Source: an uncultured Chloroflexia bacterium (GTDB lineage: Bacteria; Chloroflexota; Anaerolineae; JAAYZQ01). From it: a stretch of DNA of 64,000 nucleotides. The notes beneath the pieces are model-generated. The model saw only the letters and a list, made by a program, of their open reading frames with translations. It had not been told where the DNA came from and searched no databases. The stretch spans positions 32,001 to 96,000 of the forward strand of contig CAVOXA010000014.1 in the NCBI GenBank assembly GCA_963700285.1, in the 5' to 3' direction. Position numbers and translations under genes: made by a program. Positions 30,991 to 42,932 of this stretch are shown here, piece by piece. Position 1 is the stretch's first letter; each line of letters opens with the position of its first letter.

Positions 30991-31046
30991 TTGCACCTAC
31001 ACGACTACTGTGGTATACTCTCCTTACTAATCGATTAGTAAGGAGA
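30991..31046 (+). promoter_or_regulatory. sigma70 promoter plus 28-bp perfect palindrome (probable TetR operator)
   Basis: TTGCAC-17bp-TATACT; TCTCCTTACTAATCGATTAGTAAGGAGA (31019-31046) overlapping the RBS. Confidence 0.8.
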
Positions 31047-31050
31047 CGGT

Positions 31051-31620
31051 ATGAGCGAGGCGTATTCTCTCCAAGCCTTGATTATCGAAAACGCCGGCGA
31101 GCTGTTCCGAGAACGAGGCTATGCGGCGACGACGATCAAGCAGATCGCCGAGGCTTCTGGCTGTACCACAGCTGCCCTCTACTACCATTTTGAGGATGGC
31201 AAGCAGCACATCCTGCGCGAGGTTATCCACAGTTCAACCCAAGAGGCAGATCTATCGATGCGCCTGCCCCAGGCTGACAGCCTGGAGGAGTTCCTGGTCA
31301 AGTTGGGCGCGAACATGGCTGAGAGATTCCCCAAAGTAGCCGACCGGATCAACTGGATCATGCTACAGTTTGCCACCCTACCCGACGAAGAGAAGCAGAT
31401 CGTCCAGAACCAGGTGATCGGCATCCAACTCGCGCTCAAAGAACGGATCAGCCAGTACGTGGCAGACAAAGCAACGGCAGAGCGGTTGGCCTGGTTGGTA
31501 TTTTCCTCCTTTCTCGGCTACCAGCAGATGTTCACCAAGCTAGAGATCGCGGGGACAGTGGACCTGAGTATCGACGAGTATGGTGGGTTTATGGCCCAAG
31601 TCATACACCGGGGCCTGTGA
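31051..31620 (+). CDS. TetR/AcrR family transcriptional regulator
   Basis: AGELFRERGYAATTIKQIAEASGCTTAALYYHF. Confidence 0.92.
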   Translation: MSEAYSLQALIIENAGELFRERGYAATTIKQIAEASGCTTAALYYHFEDGKQHILREVIHSSTQEADLSMRLPQADSLEEFLVKLGANMAERFPKVADRINWIMLQFATLPDEEKQIVQNQVIGIQLALKERISQYVADKATAERLAWLVFSSFLGYQQMFTKLEIAGTVDLSIDEYGGFMAQVIHRGL

Positions 31621-31687
31621 GCAGTTCTCTTTTCGGATATGCCCTCTGTCTCGCGAGTTGCCCTTTTCGTGAAATGGAGATTGTGCG

Positions 31688-32704
31688 ATGAAAAAGACCC
31701 TCCATCGATGGAGTGAGTTCGAGACGGAGAGGATGAAACCAACGGCCAGAAGCTTTTCCCATAGACTACGAGAGAAGATGATGAGTAACCCTTTCTTCGA
31801 CATGTACCGTCAGGAGGACCAGATCACCGAACTGCCGGGCGTGTACCGCTGGACCGAGGATTCGCCCGTACGCTTTGAAATCATGAAAGAGAGGATGAAG
31901 CGTGGCGATGGTGGTCCTGGTGGCTTCAGGAGCATGAGCATCATGGCGCCCACGATGCTGGGCATGAGGGAATCGCTCAGATCGGTGGGCAAGAACCCGG
32001 ACCAGCCCAAGACCGTTGCGCCGCCGGACCTCATCGACGATCTGGAGGCTTATCTTCTGGGACTTGGGGCCAGCAGCGTGGGCTATACTCGGGTCCCGAA
32101 GCGCTGGATCTTTCAGAACAAGGCCATCCTGCACACCTACGCCATTGTCTTGACCATGGAGATGGACAAGCCGCGCATCGAAAGCGCGCCCAGCCAGGAT
32201 GGCCTGGAGGCCGTGCTGGAGATCTATCGGGATCTGGGCCGGATCGCGAACAAGGGGGCCGATTATCTGCGCCAGCGGGGCTATTCGGCCCATGCCGGGC
32301 ATCCACTCATGGGCCTGGCCCTCTACCCGCCCCTGGCGCAAATGGCCGGGCTGGGCTGGTTGGGAGCCAACGGCATGATCGTCACCCCGGAACATGGCCC
32401 GCGCGTGCGCCTGGCCGCGATATTCACCAGCATCGAGAATCTGCCCTTCAGCACCCGGAACGAGCACCAGTGGGTGGAGGACTATTGCGCCGCATGCCAG
32501 ATCTGTGTCCGCAAATGCCCGGTGGAGGCCATCATGCCCGAGCCGCAGCGGCACGAAAACGGCCAGATCACCTATGTCAACAACGAGCGATGCTTTCCCT
32601 ATTTCAGCGACTACTATGGCTGTTCGGTATGCATCGCGGTCTGCCCCTTTAGTCGCTCTACTTACCAGAGGCTGCAGCAACAGTTTGACAAGCCGGAAGG
32701 ATAG
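31688..32704 (+). CDS. RdhA/QueG-like 2x[4Fe-4S] protein (reductive dehalogenase-domain protein, no TAT signal)
   Basis: AGLGWLGANGMIVTPEHGPRVRLAAIFT; CxxCxxCxxxCP and C...CxxCxxxCP. Confidence 0.8.
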   Translation: MKKTLHRWSEFETERMKPTARSFSHRLREKMMSNPFFDMYRQEDQITELPGVYRWTEDSPVRFEIMKERMKRGDGGPGGFRSMSIMAPTMLGMRESLRSVGKNPDQPKTVAPPDLIDDLEAYLLGLGASSVGYTRVPKRWIFQNKAILHTYAIVLTMEMDKPRIESAPSQDGLEAVLEIYRDLGRIANKGADYLRQRGYSAHAGHPLMGLALYPPLAQMAGLGWLGANGMIVTPEHGPRVRLAAIFTSIENLPFSTRNEHQWVEDYCAACQICVRKCPVEAIMPEPQRHENGQITYVNNERCFPYFSDYYGCSVCIAVCPFSRSTYQRLQQQFDKPEG

Positions 32705-33003
32705 TGCATACAGGCCAGCTGCAGAGTCGGGGGTTGCAGGAAGTCCGGTTTGATCCGGAGAATTGGAATTCTGCGGAATCCACCGGGGTCAGAAGGCCAG
32801 GCACCAAAGACGTGCCCTTCTCCGCTCAACTCGGCGTAACGCGCAATGTCAGATATTGGGATGTCGCGTGCTGGTGCCCGCTGATACCCGCGCTGTACGA
32901 GTTCCAGGCAGAGTGGGCTTGGCCAGCAGGTGGATGGCCGGTGGTGTGTCCTCCGAGACAGTTGTTGTCTACAAGGCACTCGACTTTTGCGCGAGCGTGG
33001 TGA

Positions 33004-33681
33004 TTAGGTTAGGCCGTTCTCTGTGCCCCTGCTGCGCAGATTCAGGGCCAGAATGTAGACGCTGATGATCAGCACCCAACCCGGAAAGACCAACGTCACC
33101 CACAGGCTAAAGCTGATGCTCACCAATAGAACCAGTGCCAGCCCATAGGTCAGGAAAACCAGCCAACGCGGCATGGTATGGGTACGGACCCAGATAGTGC
33201 CCAGCGAGATCATGAACACACCCGCCATACGAATGGCATAGACATTGCTAATCTGCCACATGATCACCCGGCCGAAGGTGTACATGCCACTTTCGACAAG
33301 CTGAGCCGGTATGATGGCATAGGTGCTCAGCATGCTGCCGGCCACCGCCGCCGAGACAAACATCATGGCCAGGTACAGCAAGCCGCTGCCAAAGAAGACA
33401 CTCGAAAAGAAGCGGTCCTCATGCTCCCCGATACGGTCGCGGACCACGCCGATGAACCACAGAAAAGCAATGCCGGCAAAGGGCGCCAGGCTCAGGGCCA
33501 GGATAACCGTATTGGCCCGCTCCTTCAGCCACTCACCGCCGTCGGCCGGGTCAGCCGGGATGGAGATCCGCATGAGGCTGTAGGATATGCCGAGCAGCAA
33601 GGCGAAGAGTATGCCAGCTACGGCCGCGGCTCGGGGTGTCCTGAGTCGCCGGTCGGTCAAAAGAGGTACTTCATCGCTCAT
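33004..33681 (-). CDS. Conserved hypothetical integral membrane protein
   Basis: LRTPRAAAVAGILF, PFAGIAFLWFIGVVRDRIG; about 6 TM segments. Confidence 0.78.
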   Translation of the reverse strand: MSDEVPLLTDRRLRTPRAAAVAGILFALLLGISYSLMRISIPADPADGGEWLKERANTVILALSLAPFAGIAFLWFIGVVRDRIGEHEDRFFSSVFFGSGLLYLAMMFVSAAVAGSMLSTYAIIPAQLVESGMYTFGRVIMWQISNVYAIRMAGVFMISLGTIWVRTHTMPRWLVFLTYGLALVLLVSISFSLWVTLVFPGWVLIISVYILALNLRSRGTENGLT

Positions 33682-33831
33682 CGCCCATCTCCTAATTGTG
33701 TCAAAACACAGATCTCTCCTCGGGTCAACCAGATCTTGCTGACAGCCGGTGCGTGGCTCCTGATGCCTCTACTGCCACACTGGAGCTCCAGGTAGGCCCC
33801 GGCTACACGGGCCAGCCCCATTAGGGTGGCA

Positions 33832-35645
33832 CTACGGTTGCGACGGTCGTACCCATTCGAGGTCACCCAGAAAGAGCGAGCCGCTCGGTGTCCTATCAAA
33901 CAGCAGCGCAATCTCGCCGATGTCGGCCAGATCGACCCCGTCGAAATCACTCAGCCTCCACCGGATGGTGGTCATGGGGACCGGGCCGGTGAACAATTCA
34001 CCGAAAAAGTCGTCTTCCTCCACCAATCCGGCGGGGAATGCCAGGGCCGGCTCGTCAGGCCGCGTTGGCACTGCGGCGGTATTGCCTGCGCGGTCGGTCA
34101 ACTGCAGGGTAAATGCCTGCGGGCTGGCCGCGGGGTTCAGCGGTGACAGCGGGTCTACAGCCGCGCGCAGGCTGAACGTCGTGTAACCGCTCAGGTCGCC
34201 CTCGCCCGCCGGCAGCGCAAAGCGCCACGCCCCACCCGGTTCGGCCCAGGAGACAACCGCCAGCGCCGGCTGGCCCGGTATCACCACGTTGACCCGGCGG
34301 CACGGCTCGCTTCCGGGCATCATGGCCGGGGTGTAGTGGCCTTCGGGGCAAAAGTGGGTCGTGATGCCCTCTTCTGTCACAGCGCCACCCACCAGGTTGG
34401 TCGCCAGTTCTTCCGCCGTCGCCGGCACCAGCAACGGCTGTCGGTCGACTGCGGCCGCCAGGGTTGCCACCCGTGCCGGCAGACCGTAAAGCTCGTCCGG
34501 CGCCGGGGCCTGGACGTCAAGGCCCAGGCGATCCGTTGCCTCACGCACGGTCTCTCGAGTCCTGGCTCCAGATCGTGGTCAGGAAATCGGCCGCATAGTC
34601 CACCAGAAAACCGCGCTGCACCCCTGGCTCCAGGATCGGCTCGCAGTCCGGCCGGCCCTGCACCGCGAAAGGGATCGTCCGGCAGGAGCTGGTTGAAGTA
34701 ATTGTGGTTGGCGCGCTCTAGCCAGGCCGACGTCGCCCATTGCGTCTGCTGTGGGGCCAGCCGTGCCGCTTCGTAGAAATGCTGCCCCTCCTGAGAAATG
34801 ACGTCACCGTCACAGGCGGGCAGAACGATGGCCATCGGTGCCGGGGAGCCGCCTGTGGGGTCGACCGCGGTCGCGGTCGAGGCGAGCAACAGCAGACCGC
34901 TTACAGGTCCATAGGGCCGGTTGGCCGTGGCGCCACCGTCATCGTCTAGCTGGCGCGCCACTCGCAGGCTCTCTTCGCCACCCTGCGAGTGGCCCACCAG
35001 GGCCAGGCGCCGCAGATCGGCCCGGCCCGCCAGATCCACGCCAAAGTCGTTGAGGCCGCCGGCTGCGGCTGTGGCCAGGGCTGCCCAGGTGCAGGTCGAC
35101 CAACTGCTGCAGCCGCTCGCCCGGCACCGGCTCGCCAAAGCCGAAGGTATTCTCGGCGTTGATGTTGAGCGACAGGGCCACATAGCCCCGCGCGGCCAGC
35201 TCACGCACCAGATACTCAAAGCCGCGGTAATTGGGCTGTTCCACTTCGGGGTCACACGGCCAGCGGTCCACGCCCATCTCGTCCACAGGACAGCCGGGGT
35301 GGTTGCCGTGCAAGATCACGACGACGGGGTAGGGCCCGCCTTCTCCGGACGGCACGGCGATGAGGCCGTTCAAGCGCACCGGCATGTTCCGGAAGTGGCT
35401 CTCCTCGGGGAAACGCTCCTGGACGATCGTCGCCTCGCCCAGGTTGTACTCGACCGCGGGGGGCAGGTCGACCGGACCTGCGGTGGCCGCGGCTCGACGG
35501 TCGGTGCAGAGGTAGGTGTCGCCATCGCCCCCTCGGTAGGGCGTGGTGGCATAGTCGACGGTGCCGGGGCTGGAACACACGCGCCCAACACCAGTACCAT
35601 CGTGATCAAGATCAGGAAACCGCTACCAAGCTTCTTTTCAACCAT
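33832..35645 (-). CDS. Lipoprotein alpha/beta hydrolase (frameshifted into three ORFs)
   Basis: LGAC lipobox; PYPVVVILHGNH, LAARGYVALS, GHSQGG nucleophile, ANHNYFN. Confidence 0.72.
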
Positions 35646-35754
35646 TTCCTCCATCAATGGTTCAGGATGTCCTTTCTGCCGTCCGTGCGCCCGGTCGAGC
35701 CGGAACCGCACGGACGGCAGTGGACGGTTCGTAGAACCCGCAGACGCGGACTGC

Positions 35755-37586
35755 CTATGGCGCTCGCTTGGCGATGATGGCGATCTGGTCGTAGCAGATC
35801 GCATTTCCAGCGTGTCGCCGTCGATGCGGAAGGTGGCGGCCGTTTGCAAGGCTTCCAGGAACTCGGCCTCTTGTTCCATGACCCCCTCCGGTTCCGCGCA
35901 GAACAGGGACGTGCTGCCGGGTTGGTCGATCGTGATGTTGTTGCCGTTCACCTGATAGGACGCAAAGTAGTTGTTGCAGCCGGCGTTGCCGCTCATCTGG
36001 CCATCGGTGCCAAAATCGAGGGCGATGCCGCTGTCGACGAGCAACGTGACGAGCGCCCCGCGGCCGTTGTTGTAGTTGATCACCTCCCAGCGCGTTCCTG
36101 CCAGGGGATCGGGCACCGGCGATGGCACTACGGTCGGCGGCGGACCCGCCACGTTGATGGTCACCTCACGGAAGGTCGTCGAACCGTCGCCCAGCAGGAC
36201 GCGCATCTCGTAGGTCGTCGTGGTGAGTTGGGCAGACTTGCTCGCTACCCTGGCCGGTGCGGGGGAAACGATGGTATCGCTCACCCTGGGGATAGACCCA
36301 CACCGCCTGTACATGTTCCACCGACCAGCGGAGCGCCGTGCACTGGCCCTGCTCGATGTTCGTCCGATCGGCCCAGAACGAGATCTGCGCCGTGGGCGGC
36401 GCCGTGGGCGACGGTAGGGGCGTTGGCATCGCAGTAGGTGGCGGGAGCGGGGTTGGCGCCGCCGTGGGTGGCGGGGGAGGTGTTGCTGTAGACGGTGGTA
36501 CAGCCGTTGGCGGCGCTCGGTCGGAACGACAGCCGGCGGCGGCGCCTCGATCACCGGGACGTTTTCCACGTTCATGGCCAGCACAAGATCCGCCGATACC
36601 CAGCCGACGCCATCCGGCGCAGAGGGCAGGGAGACGGCCCACCAACGCCAGTCGGCGTCCCGGCCGACGATCTCGCCCTCGTCGCCGTCTCGGGCAAAGC
36701 CGATCACCGGATAGTCGACGCCCGGGCCTGCATGGATATTGACGCCCTGCGGCGCAGTCACGCGGGCCCAGGGTGCAGTGGGCAGCGGTGGAGGCTCTGG
36801 CAGATCCACGGCGGTCTTGCGTGTCATCATGACGGCGATCTGATCGGCGGCCGTGCGCATCTCCAGCATGTCGCCCTCGATGCGATAGGTCGCCGCGCTC
36901 TGGAGCGCAGCCAGGTACTCGCTCTCTTGCTCCATCACGCCGGGCGGGTCAGCGCAGAACATGAACGTCGTGGCAGCCCGGCCGATCTCGATGGCGTTGC
37001 CGTCGACCGAGTAGCTGGCAAAGTACTGGTTGCAGCCGGCATTGCCGCTCACCTCGCCCTCGCGCCAAAGTTGGCCGAGATCTCTGTGCCCAGGTGCAGG
37101 CCCACCACGGCCTCCCGGCCGTTGTTGTACGAGATCACGTCCCATGCCGAATCGGCCAGGTCCTGTGAAGCTGGCCACAAAGGTCGCCAGGTTCTCATTG
37201 CCGGCGCGCAGGATCAGTTCCTCTTCGCTTACGGTGAATCTCGTGGTCTCGGCGAGCGCGGCCATAAAGGCCGTGGCCTGGTCCATGACCGGCTCAGGAC
37301 AGGCCATCATGGTCAAAGCCCCGGGCTGGTCGAAGGTGAGCCTGTCGCCGCGCTGGGAAAAGGTGGTGCGGAATCGGTTACAGCCGTCCGACCCGGATGC
37401 GACACCGTCCGGGCCAAACTGAAGGGTTACGGTCGTGCCGGGCAGGGGCACATCGCCGCCAAGCGAGCTCAACACCCAGCTTGTGTCGACCAGTTCGGCG
37501 CTGGCATCCTGTCTGGGTATCAGTTGGCACGCCAGCAGCGCCAGCAACACAAACCCCAGCAGTCCAACTTTGGTGATGGTTCTCAT
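35755..37586 (-). CDS. META-domain lipoprotein (3 META domains, SH3-like domain, Pro/Thr linker; frameshifted)
   Basis: LLAC lipobox; SGSDGCN/SGNAGCN motif three times, T.M.C...MEQE; VNIHAGPG..Y SH3-like segment. Confidence 0.8.
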
Positions 37587-37722
37587 CGATTTGACTCCTT
37601 CCTTGGGGGCCTGCGGTCCGTGGCTTTCGCCTGGGACCGCCAGTCCCTGTCATGGACTATTGTTGCCATTGCCTATCTCCTTTCACTGTTCTTGCTCAAA
37701 ATGGCAAGAGTGCACTTTTCTC

Positions 37723-37981
37723 CTACGACTCGACCGGGACGTACTCGACCGATATCACGGGCAGGCACAGGCTGTAGAGCACGTCCAATACACCTGCCAG
37801 GGCCGCCTGATCCAGCAACCTGCCCTTCCAGCGTTGTCACCGGGCCTTGCTCCAGCGTAGCCGTTGTAGAGATTACCATTCCGCCCAGACGTGGGGACCA
37901 GCTTTCGTCCAGTTGTCCCTGGACCCGTATGCGATAGGTCGCTGGTTGGTGCAGACTGAGTCTTCGACCGCTACTTGTCAT
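37723..37981 (-). CDS. Small ACT-like protein of the type often found with MalT-like regulators (frameshift near 37815)
   Basis: YRIRVQGQLDESWS...TTLEG, then in the shifted frame DQAALAGVLDVLYSLCLPVISVE. Confidence 0.65.
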
Positions 37982-38286
37982 TCCTTTATCCCGTCGCAGT
38001 AACCAGGTTCAGAACGGACCTCCGGCGGCCTGGCTATGGACTCTGACATCCAGGCTGACACTGTGTGGATAGCCTGGGCCAATGCCGCCACCAACTATAC
38101 TCCGTCGCGTCGGCGAACACAACCCCCAGAATGAAGTAGATTCTGAGTATCTTCGGGTAGACGGTGTGCGGATTGTCTGTGGCGAATGCAAGAGCTGGAT
38201 CCGCCCTGCTCTGCGCCAACGACTGGACAAAGCACCAGGAGCTTGGGGCATTGGCCAGAGTCGCGGGACTACCCAGCCCCATGCCC

Positions 38287-39728
38287 TCAATGCGATGTCT
38301 CCTCGAAATCCCGGGCCTGCACCTGCAGGTTGACGTTCTGGGTCGGAAAGGGTGACTCGATGCCGGCCTCGTCCAGGGCATGCTGCAGGGCGGTGTGGAC
38401 GCGATCGACAACGCGCCGTGTGTCGACGTACGACTCGATCCACCACCGCACGCGAAAGATCATTTCCGAATCCCCCATCTCGTTGTACAAGGCATCGACC
38501 GGCTTGTCGGGCAGCACCCCCTCCACTTGCTGGACAGCCTCGATGATGACCCGGCGCGCAGTCTCGATGTCGGTGCCATAGGCGATGCCCACGTGCGTCT
38601 CGATCCGGTAGCGGGGGTCGGGATAGGTGTAGTTGACCACCTGGTTGGCGCCGATGACCGAGTTGGGCACGATCACCATGCGGTTGTCGCGGGTGCGGAT
38701 CCGTGTCGTGCGCAGGCCGATGTCGGTCACGTCACCCCAGGTACCCACGCCCTGGATCTCGATGCGATCGCCGATACGGAAAGGCCGGTCGACGAGGATG
38801 ACAAAGCCGGAAATGGCATCGGCAATCGTGTCCCGCGCCGCCAGGGAGAAGGCCAGGCCGCCCAAGCCCAACGCCGTGGTCAGGGCGGTGATATTGATGC
38901 CAAAATGGGACAGCAGTACCGTCCCGCCAATGATGGCAACCACCACGCGCCCCACCCGGACCAAGAGGGTGATGACAGGGGCAAGCTCTTCCCGACGCCC
39001 GGTCTCCACTGCTCGCGCCGTATACCATCGATCGGCCAGGTCGAGTCGCCCGCCACAGGATGCGGAAGGCCAGGACCAGTATCAAGACAAAATAGATATC
39101 CAGCAGCAGGATTTTGAGTCCGGGCCTCAGAAAGCTCAGCCGGACCGTGGCGAAGCGGAGGACAAAGAGGACAACCAGCCAGCGCAGTCCGGGCCCTACC
39201 TGTTTCAAGAAGGCGTCGTCGAACTCGGTTTGGGTGCGGCGGACAAAGTATGGCAGAATCTTGAGAGCCAGCCAGGTACCCAGCAGATAGGCGGCCAGCA
39301 CAAAGAGCAGAGAGAGGCCCAGGTTGATCCACTCGGGTGCGCGTAGTCCGAGAAACTCGGTCCGGGCCAGCCCGATCTCAGCAGCCAGTTCTTCTACCCC
39401 ACTGACGATCAGTCCCGGCGTGGCGCTGGGAACTGGCGTCCGTGTCTGGACGATGCCCTCCAGTAGGGGGACGGCCGTCGGCTCCGGTTCGCCCCCCTCC
39501 TCTGTACCCTCGGACGTCGCACCCTCGGCCGGAATGCCGCCTGTGCCTTCCGGTGTGACCTCAGCGGCTTCCAGGCGCCGGGCTTGGCGTGGCCTGTGGG
39601 CTCTCTAACAGAAGCGTTGCCTCGGGCAGAGGCTGCGGCTCCGGCGTTTGAGCGAACACCGCTGCCGGGCTCGCAAACAGTAGCCCAATCAACAGGCCCA
39701 GGGCCAAGATCGATTTCTTATGCAGCAT
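38287..39728 (-). CDS. MscS-family mechanosensitive channel (frameshifted)
   Basis: GLGGLAFSLAARDTIADAISG, DRPFRIGDRI, GDVTDIGLRTTRIRT, PFPTQ. Confidence 0.85.
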
Positions 39729-39862
39729 CTGCTTCACACCTCGACAAATGATGCCGGATGGTGCAGCTCACCCGGAGAAGACCTTCCGCCACTCGCGACT
39801 CATTCCGAAAACCGATGTCCTTCACCTTACCCTCTGGGTTATCTTTGCGGCCAGAATCGCCC

Positions 39863-40651
39863 TCAAGGCGCGGGCACAGCGAACTGTCTCTGCAGCTCCC
39901 ACAATGCTTGCTGACTGACAGTAAGTGCGCCCCCTTGCGACCGGTCGAGGTCGGCGATCAGGATCAGAGCCGCAGCCAGCGCCAGCGCAAGGAGCACGAT
40001 GGCGATAGCGTTCCTACTGCCGTCCGCACTACTGACGAGACCCAAGAGAAAGAAGGTCAGCACAGTGGTGGCATACAACACCAGCCACAGGAGCGGTGAG
40101 AGACGCAGGGTTAGGATGGCTGCCAGCCGCTGGTTATGGGCATCGATCATATGTCTGACTGCATCACCGAAAGAGCGGACCGTCGCCGAGTCCGGACTCC
40201 GGCTGGCCTGGCTCTCGAGGATCGACCACAGTTCGCTGTGAATCTCTTCGGAACGACCCACGGCCTCTTCCAATGCCAGTTGCGCTGCATCCAGGGCAGC
40301 CAGGCGTAGATCGACGTACTCGCGCAAGAGATCACGCACCGCGGTCCGCTCTGGCTCCTCGAGGAAGCCAGCCTCGAGATAGCTCGATTCGATGGCATTG
40401 GCGTCGGTGATCACGAGTTGCCGGCGTGTATCATAATGATCGACAGCGATTCCGATCGAAAAGGCTAGCAAGAACCCCAGCAAGCCCAGCAAGCCGGCCA
40501 CAACTGCAGCGGTCACCGAGCCCTTTAGCGAAGAAGGATCACGGCGCTGGAGCCGAAGGCCGAGGCGGAAACCAATCTCGGTGACCAGTAGCACCAGACC
40601 TACCGTGAAGAGATAGATCACCCAGATCGGTATTCGATCGAGCATGGACAT
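39863..40651 (-). CDS. DUF4239/bestrophin-like membrane protein
   Basis: LLGFLLAFS, DANAI, LIADLDR. Confidence 0.65.
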   Translation of the reverse strand: MSMLDRIPIWVIYLFTVGLVLLVTEIGFRLGLRLQRRDPSSLKGSVTAAVVAGLLGLLGFLLAFSIGIAVDHYDTRRQLVITDANAIESSYLEAGFLEEPERTAVRDLLREYVDLRLAALDAAQLALEEAVGRSEEIHSELWSILESQASRSPDSATVRSFGDAVRHMIDAHNQRLAAILTLRLSPLLWLVLYATTVLTFFLLGLVSSADGSRNAIAIVLLALALAAALILIADLDRSQGGALTVSQQALWELQRQFAVPAP

Positions 40652-40654
40652 CTC

Positions 40655-41539
40655 TTATACCTCGGAGGCTGGCGTTGGCTGTGCCTTTGAGCGTCTGCCC
40701 AGCTCACCAGCAGAGACCATCAAGACGGCGAGGCCCACCAAACCAAGCGCCAGGACCATCATAATCACGTCCGGATCCTCGGCAAAATTCGCGGCGGCAA
40801 CGACCAGGGCTGCTGCCAGATTGCGTTGGGCGGTACCCAAGCCCAGCACCGAGCGAGTGTGTGCCTCCTTGCCGCCCAGAAAGTAGCCAATGACAAACGC
40901 CCCCGCCAGGAATAACAGCGCGGCGATAAACCCGCCCGTACCGATGATGGCCAGCATGGCGCTCAGGTTCGCCAGCAGGCCCGCCACCAACAGCAGGACG
41001 AGGGCAAAGGTGGAGGCCTGCGCCATGTAGGGATAGAGCTGGTCGGCGGTTGGGGCGTAGCGCGCCTTCATGAATAGACCTAGCGCCAGCGGGATCAACA
41101 TCAGAACAATGAGCGAACGGGCGATAGCCCAGGGCTCGACCGTCACACCCCGGATCAGAAGCGGCAGCACGATGGGCATGTAGAGCACGGTTGTGACCAT
41201 CAACAGCACCATCAAGCCGACCGACAGGGCGATGTTGCCCCTGGCGGCCTGGGCCAGCTTGGGCAGAAAGGGCGCCCCGGCCGCGGTAGAGACCAGGATC
41301 AACCCGACACGCAAGCCATCGCCGAGCGGGATGATCCGGCCGATCAGATAGGCCAGAAGAGGCACCAGCACGAAATTCGCCAGCAAGGCCAGGAGCACCA
41401 GGCGAGCGTTACGCAATGGCGCTATGATCTGGGCAACGGTGAGACTCAGGCCCATGGCCAGCATGCCGGTCACCACAAAGACCAGCGTCGATAAATTCAT
41501 GATAGCCGTCAGAATTTCATCCATGTCCCCGGTTTTCAC
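40655..41539 (-). CDS. Bile acid:sodium symporter family transporter
   Basis: MLAMGLSLT, ANFVLVP, AGAPFLPKL, GTAQRNLAAALVVA. Confidence 0.88.
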   Translation of the reverse strand: MKTGDMDEILTAIMNLSTLVFVVTGMLAMGLSLTVAQIIAPLRNARLVLLALLANFVLVPLLAYLIGRIIPLGDGLRVGLILVSTAAGAPFLPKLAQAARGNIALSVGLMVLLMVTTVLYMPIVLPLLIRGVTVEPWAIARSLIVLMLIPLALGLFMKARYAPTADQLYPYMAQASTFALVLLLVAGLLANLSAMLAIIGTGGFIAALLFLAGAFVIGYFLGGKEAHTRSVLGLGTAQRNLAAALVVAAANFAEDPDVIMMVLALGLVGLAVLMVSAGELGRRSKAQPTPASEV

Positions 41540-41573
41540 CCCTTCTGCTGAATAGCTGTCTCAATGGATGTCC

Positions 41574-42833
41574 TCACCTTGGCCCATTTCCAGCCTGGCG
41601 CGATGTGTCAAACACCACCTGGTCGTACCACCAGAGCCGCTCGAAAAAGGCGTTGGCGCCCTCCAGGGGCCTCTGGCGGCTGGCACCGGTCGTCGTGCAA
41701 CAGGTGATTTCCTCAATCGTGTGTTCACCGTCAATTGCGTCGTACCAACGTTTCTCCTGTGCGGTGACCGGCAGAAAGAGATCGGGATCGGTGTGGGCCT
41801 GGTTGATCAGTACCGCAGCGGTGCCAGGGGGCAGCCGCTTTTGGACGCTGATCGTCTCCGAGAGGCGGACGGGCAGATAGCGCTGCGAGTGGTCGCCGTC
41901 GAAACGGAGTGGCCGGTTGTCGCCCGGCCGGTCATCCCGGTAGGCAATCAGGCTGTGGCGTAGCATCGTTCCCCGGAACAGTTCGACCGCTGCGTACTGC
42001 TCCCGTGGCGGCAGCGCTGCCAACCGGGCGGAGTGCGGCGTTCCGGCCGGCGCGCCGCACCAGGGCAGATAGGGAGCCTGCCGAACCCAGCGCCCAAAGG
42101 CCAGGCCGCAGCGCTCGATGAGATCCAGAAGCTGCGGCACAGTGTAGGCGCGATCCTGGGGGTTGAGCAGCGCATCCGCCAGGGCATCCTTGCGCTGGAA
42201 ATCCGGCGACTCGCCTAACAAGCGCGCCAGCGGATGTCCGTGTGGTAGGGCCATGAGCGCCATCGCCAGATCCTGGATCTCTGCCTCGGTATGCCCGATC
42301 CCCAGCCGGCGGCAGTATTCCTGCAACATGTAGACGCCAGCCCGACCGTAGGCTGCGTAGACCATGAGGTGCATGGCGCCATCTGGCTCGAGGACCTCGC
42401 GCAAGGCGCGCAGCCCCTCCCCTGGATCGGGGAGGTGGTGCAGCACGCCCGTGCAGACGATCTTGTCAAAGCGGCGTCCCAGCTCGCCGACACGCTCAAG
42501 TGGCAGTTGATAGACCTCGAGATTGCTCAGATCATGTTTGCGTTTGAGCGCCTGTGTGTGGCGGACGCTGGTTGCACTCACGTCGATGCCAACCACCCGG
42601 GAGAGGGGCTGGCGCAGGGCATGTTTCGCCGCCTGAGATGTACCACAGCCAGCGACCAGAACCTCCAGGTTGGCGCGGTAGGCTTTGTCTGGCCAATGCA
42701 GGTGGTAGTCGGCACAGCGTCTGCCCTCGTCCTGCCAACGCCGGCGATACCCCTCGAGGTCGTCAACTGGCGGCGGATAAGGGTGCAGGTCGTAGAAGGC
42801 CCGCACGGCATCCAGAGTGATGTGGCTTCTCAT
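41574..42833 (-). CDS. Class I SAM-dependent methyltransferase
   Basis: FYDLHPYP, LVAGCGT, CTGVLHHLPDP, ADALLNPQD. Confidence 0.85.
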   Translation of the reverse strand: MRSHITLDAVRAFYDLHPYPPPVDDLEGYRRRWQDEGRRCADYHLHWPDKAYRANLEVLVAGCGTSQAAKHALRQPLSRVVGIDVSATSVRHTQALKRKHDLSNLEVYQLPLERVGELGRRFDKIVCTGVLHHLPDPGEGLRALREVLEPDGAMHLMVYAAYGRAGVYMLQEYCRRLGIGHTEAEIQDLAMALMALPHGHPLARLLGESPDFQRKDALADALLNPQDRAYTVPQLLDLIERCGLAFGRWVRQAPYLPWCGAPAGTPHSARLAALPPREQYAAVELFRGTMLRHSLIAYRDDRPGDNRPLRFDGDHSQRYLPVRLSETISVQKRLPPGTAAVLINQAHTDPDLFLPVTAQEKRWYDAIDGEHTIEEITCCTTTGASRQRPLEGANAFFERLWWYDQVVFDTSRQAGNGPR

Positions 42834-42932
42834 ACGACGATTTCCCCAGTCGCCTGTCGCCTATCGCACGAGCTGCGGGAACCGCAGGTGCAACGCACTA
42901 TGATGCGTTGCACCCGACAGCCACCCCGTCTG

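Noticed and set aside
32830-33015. Integron attC site (GCCTAAC at the gene end on the minus strand)
   Set aside because: No matching L boxes or extended imperfect palindrome, and no integrase
35370-37586. A single 738-aa META-hydrolase fusion as given in the ORF track
   Set aside because: Artefact of frameshifts: the META gene stops near 35755 and the next gene has its own RBS and lipoprotein signal at 35645
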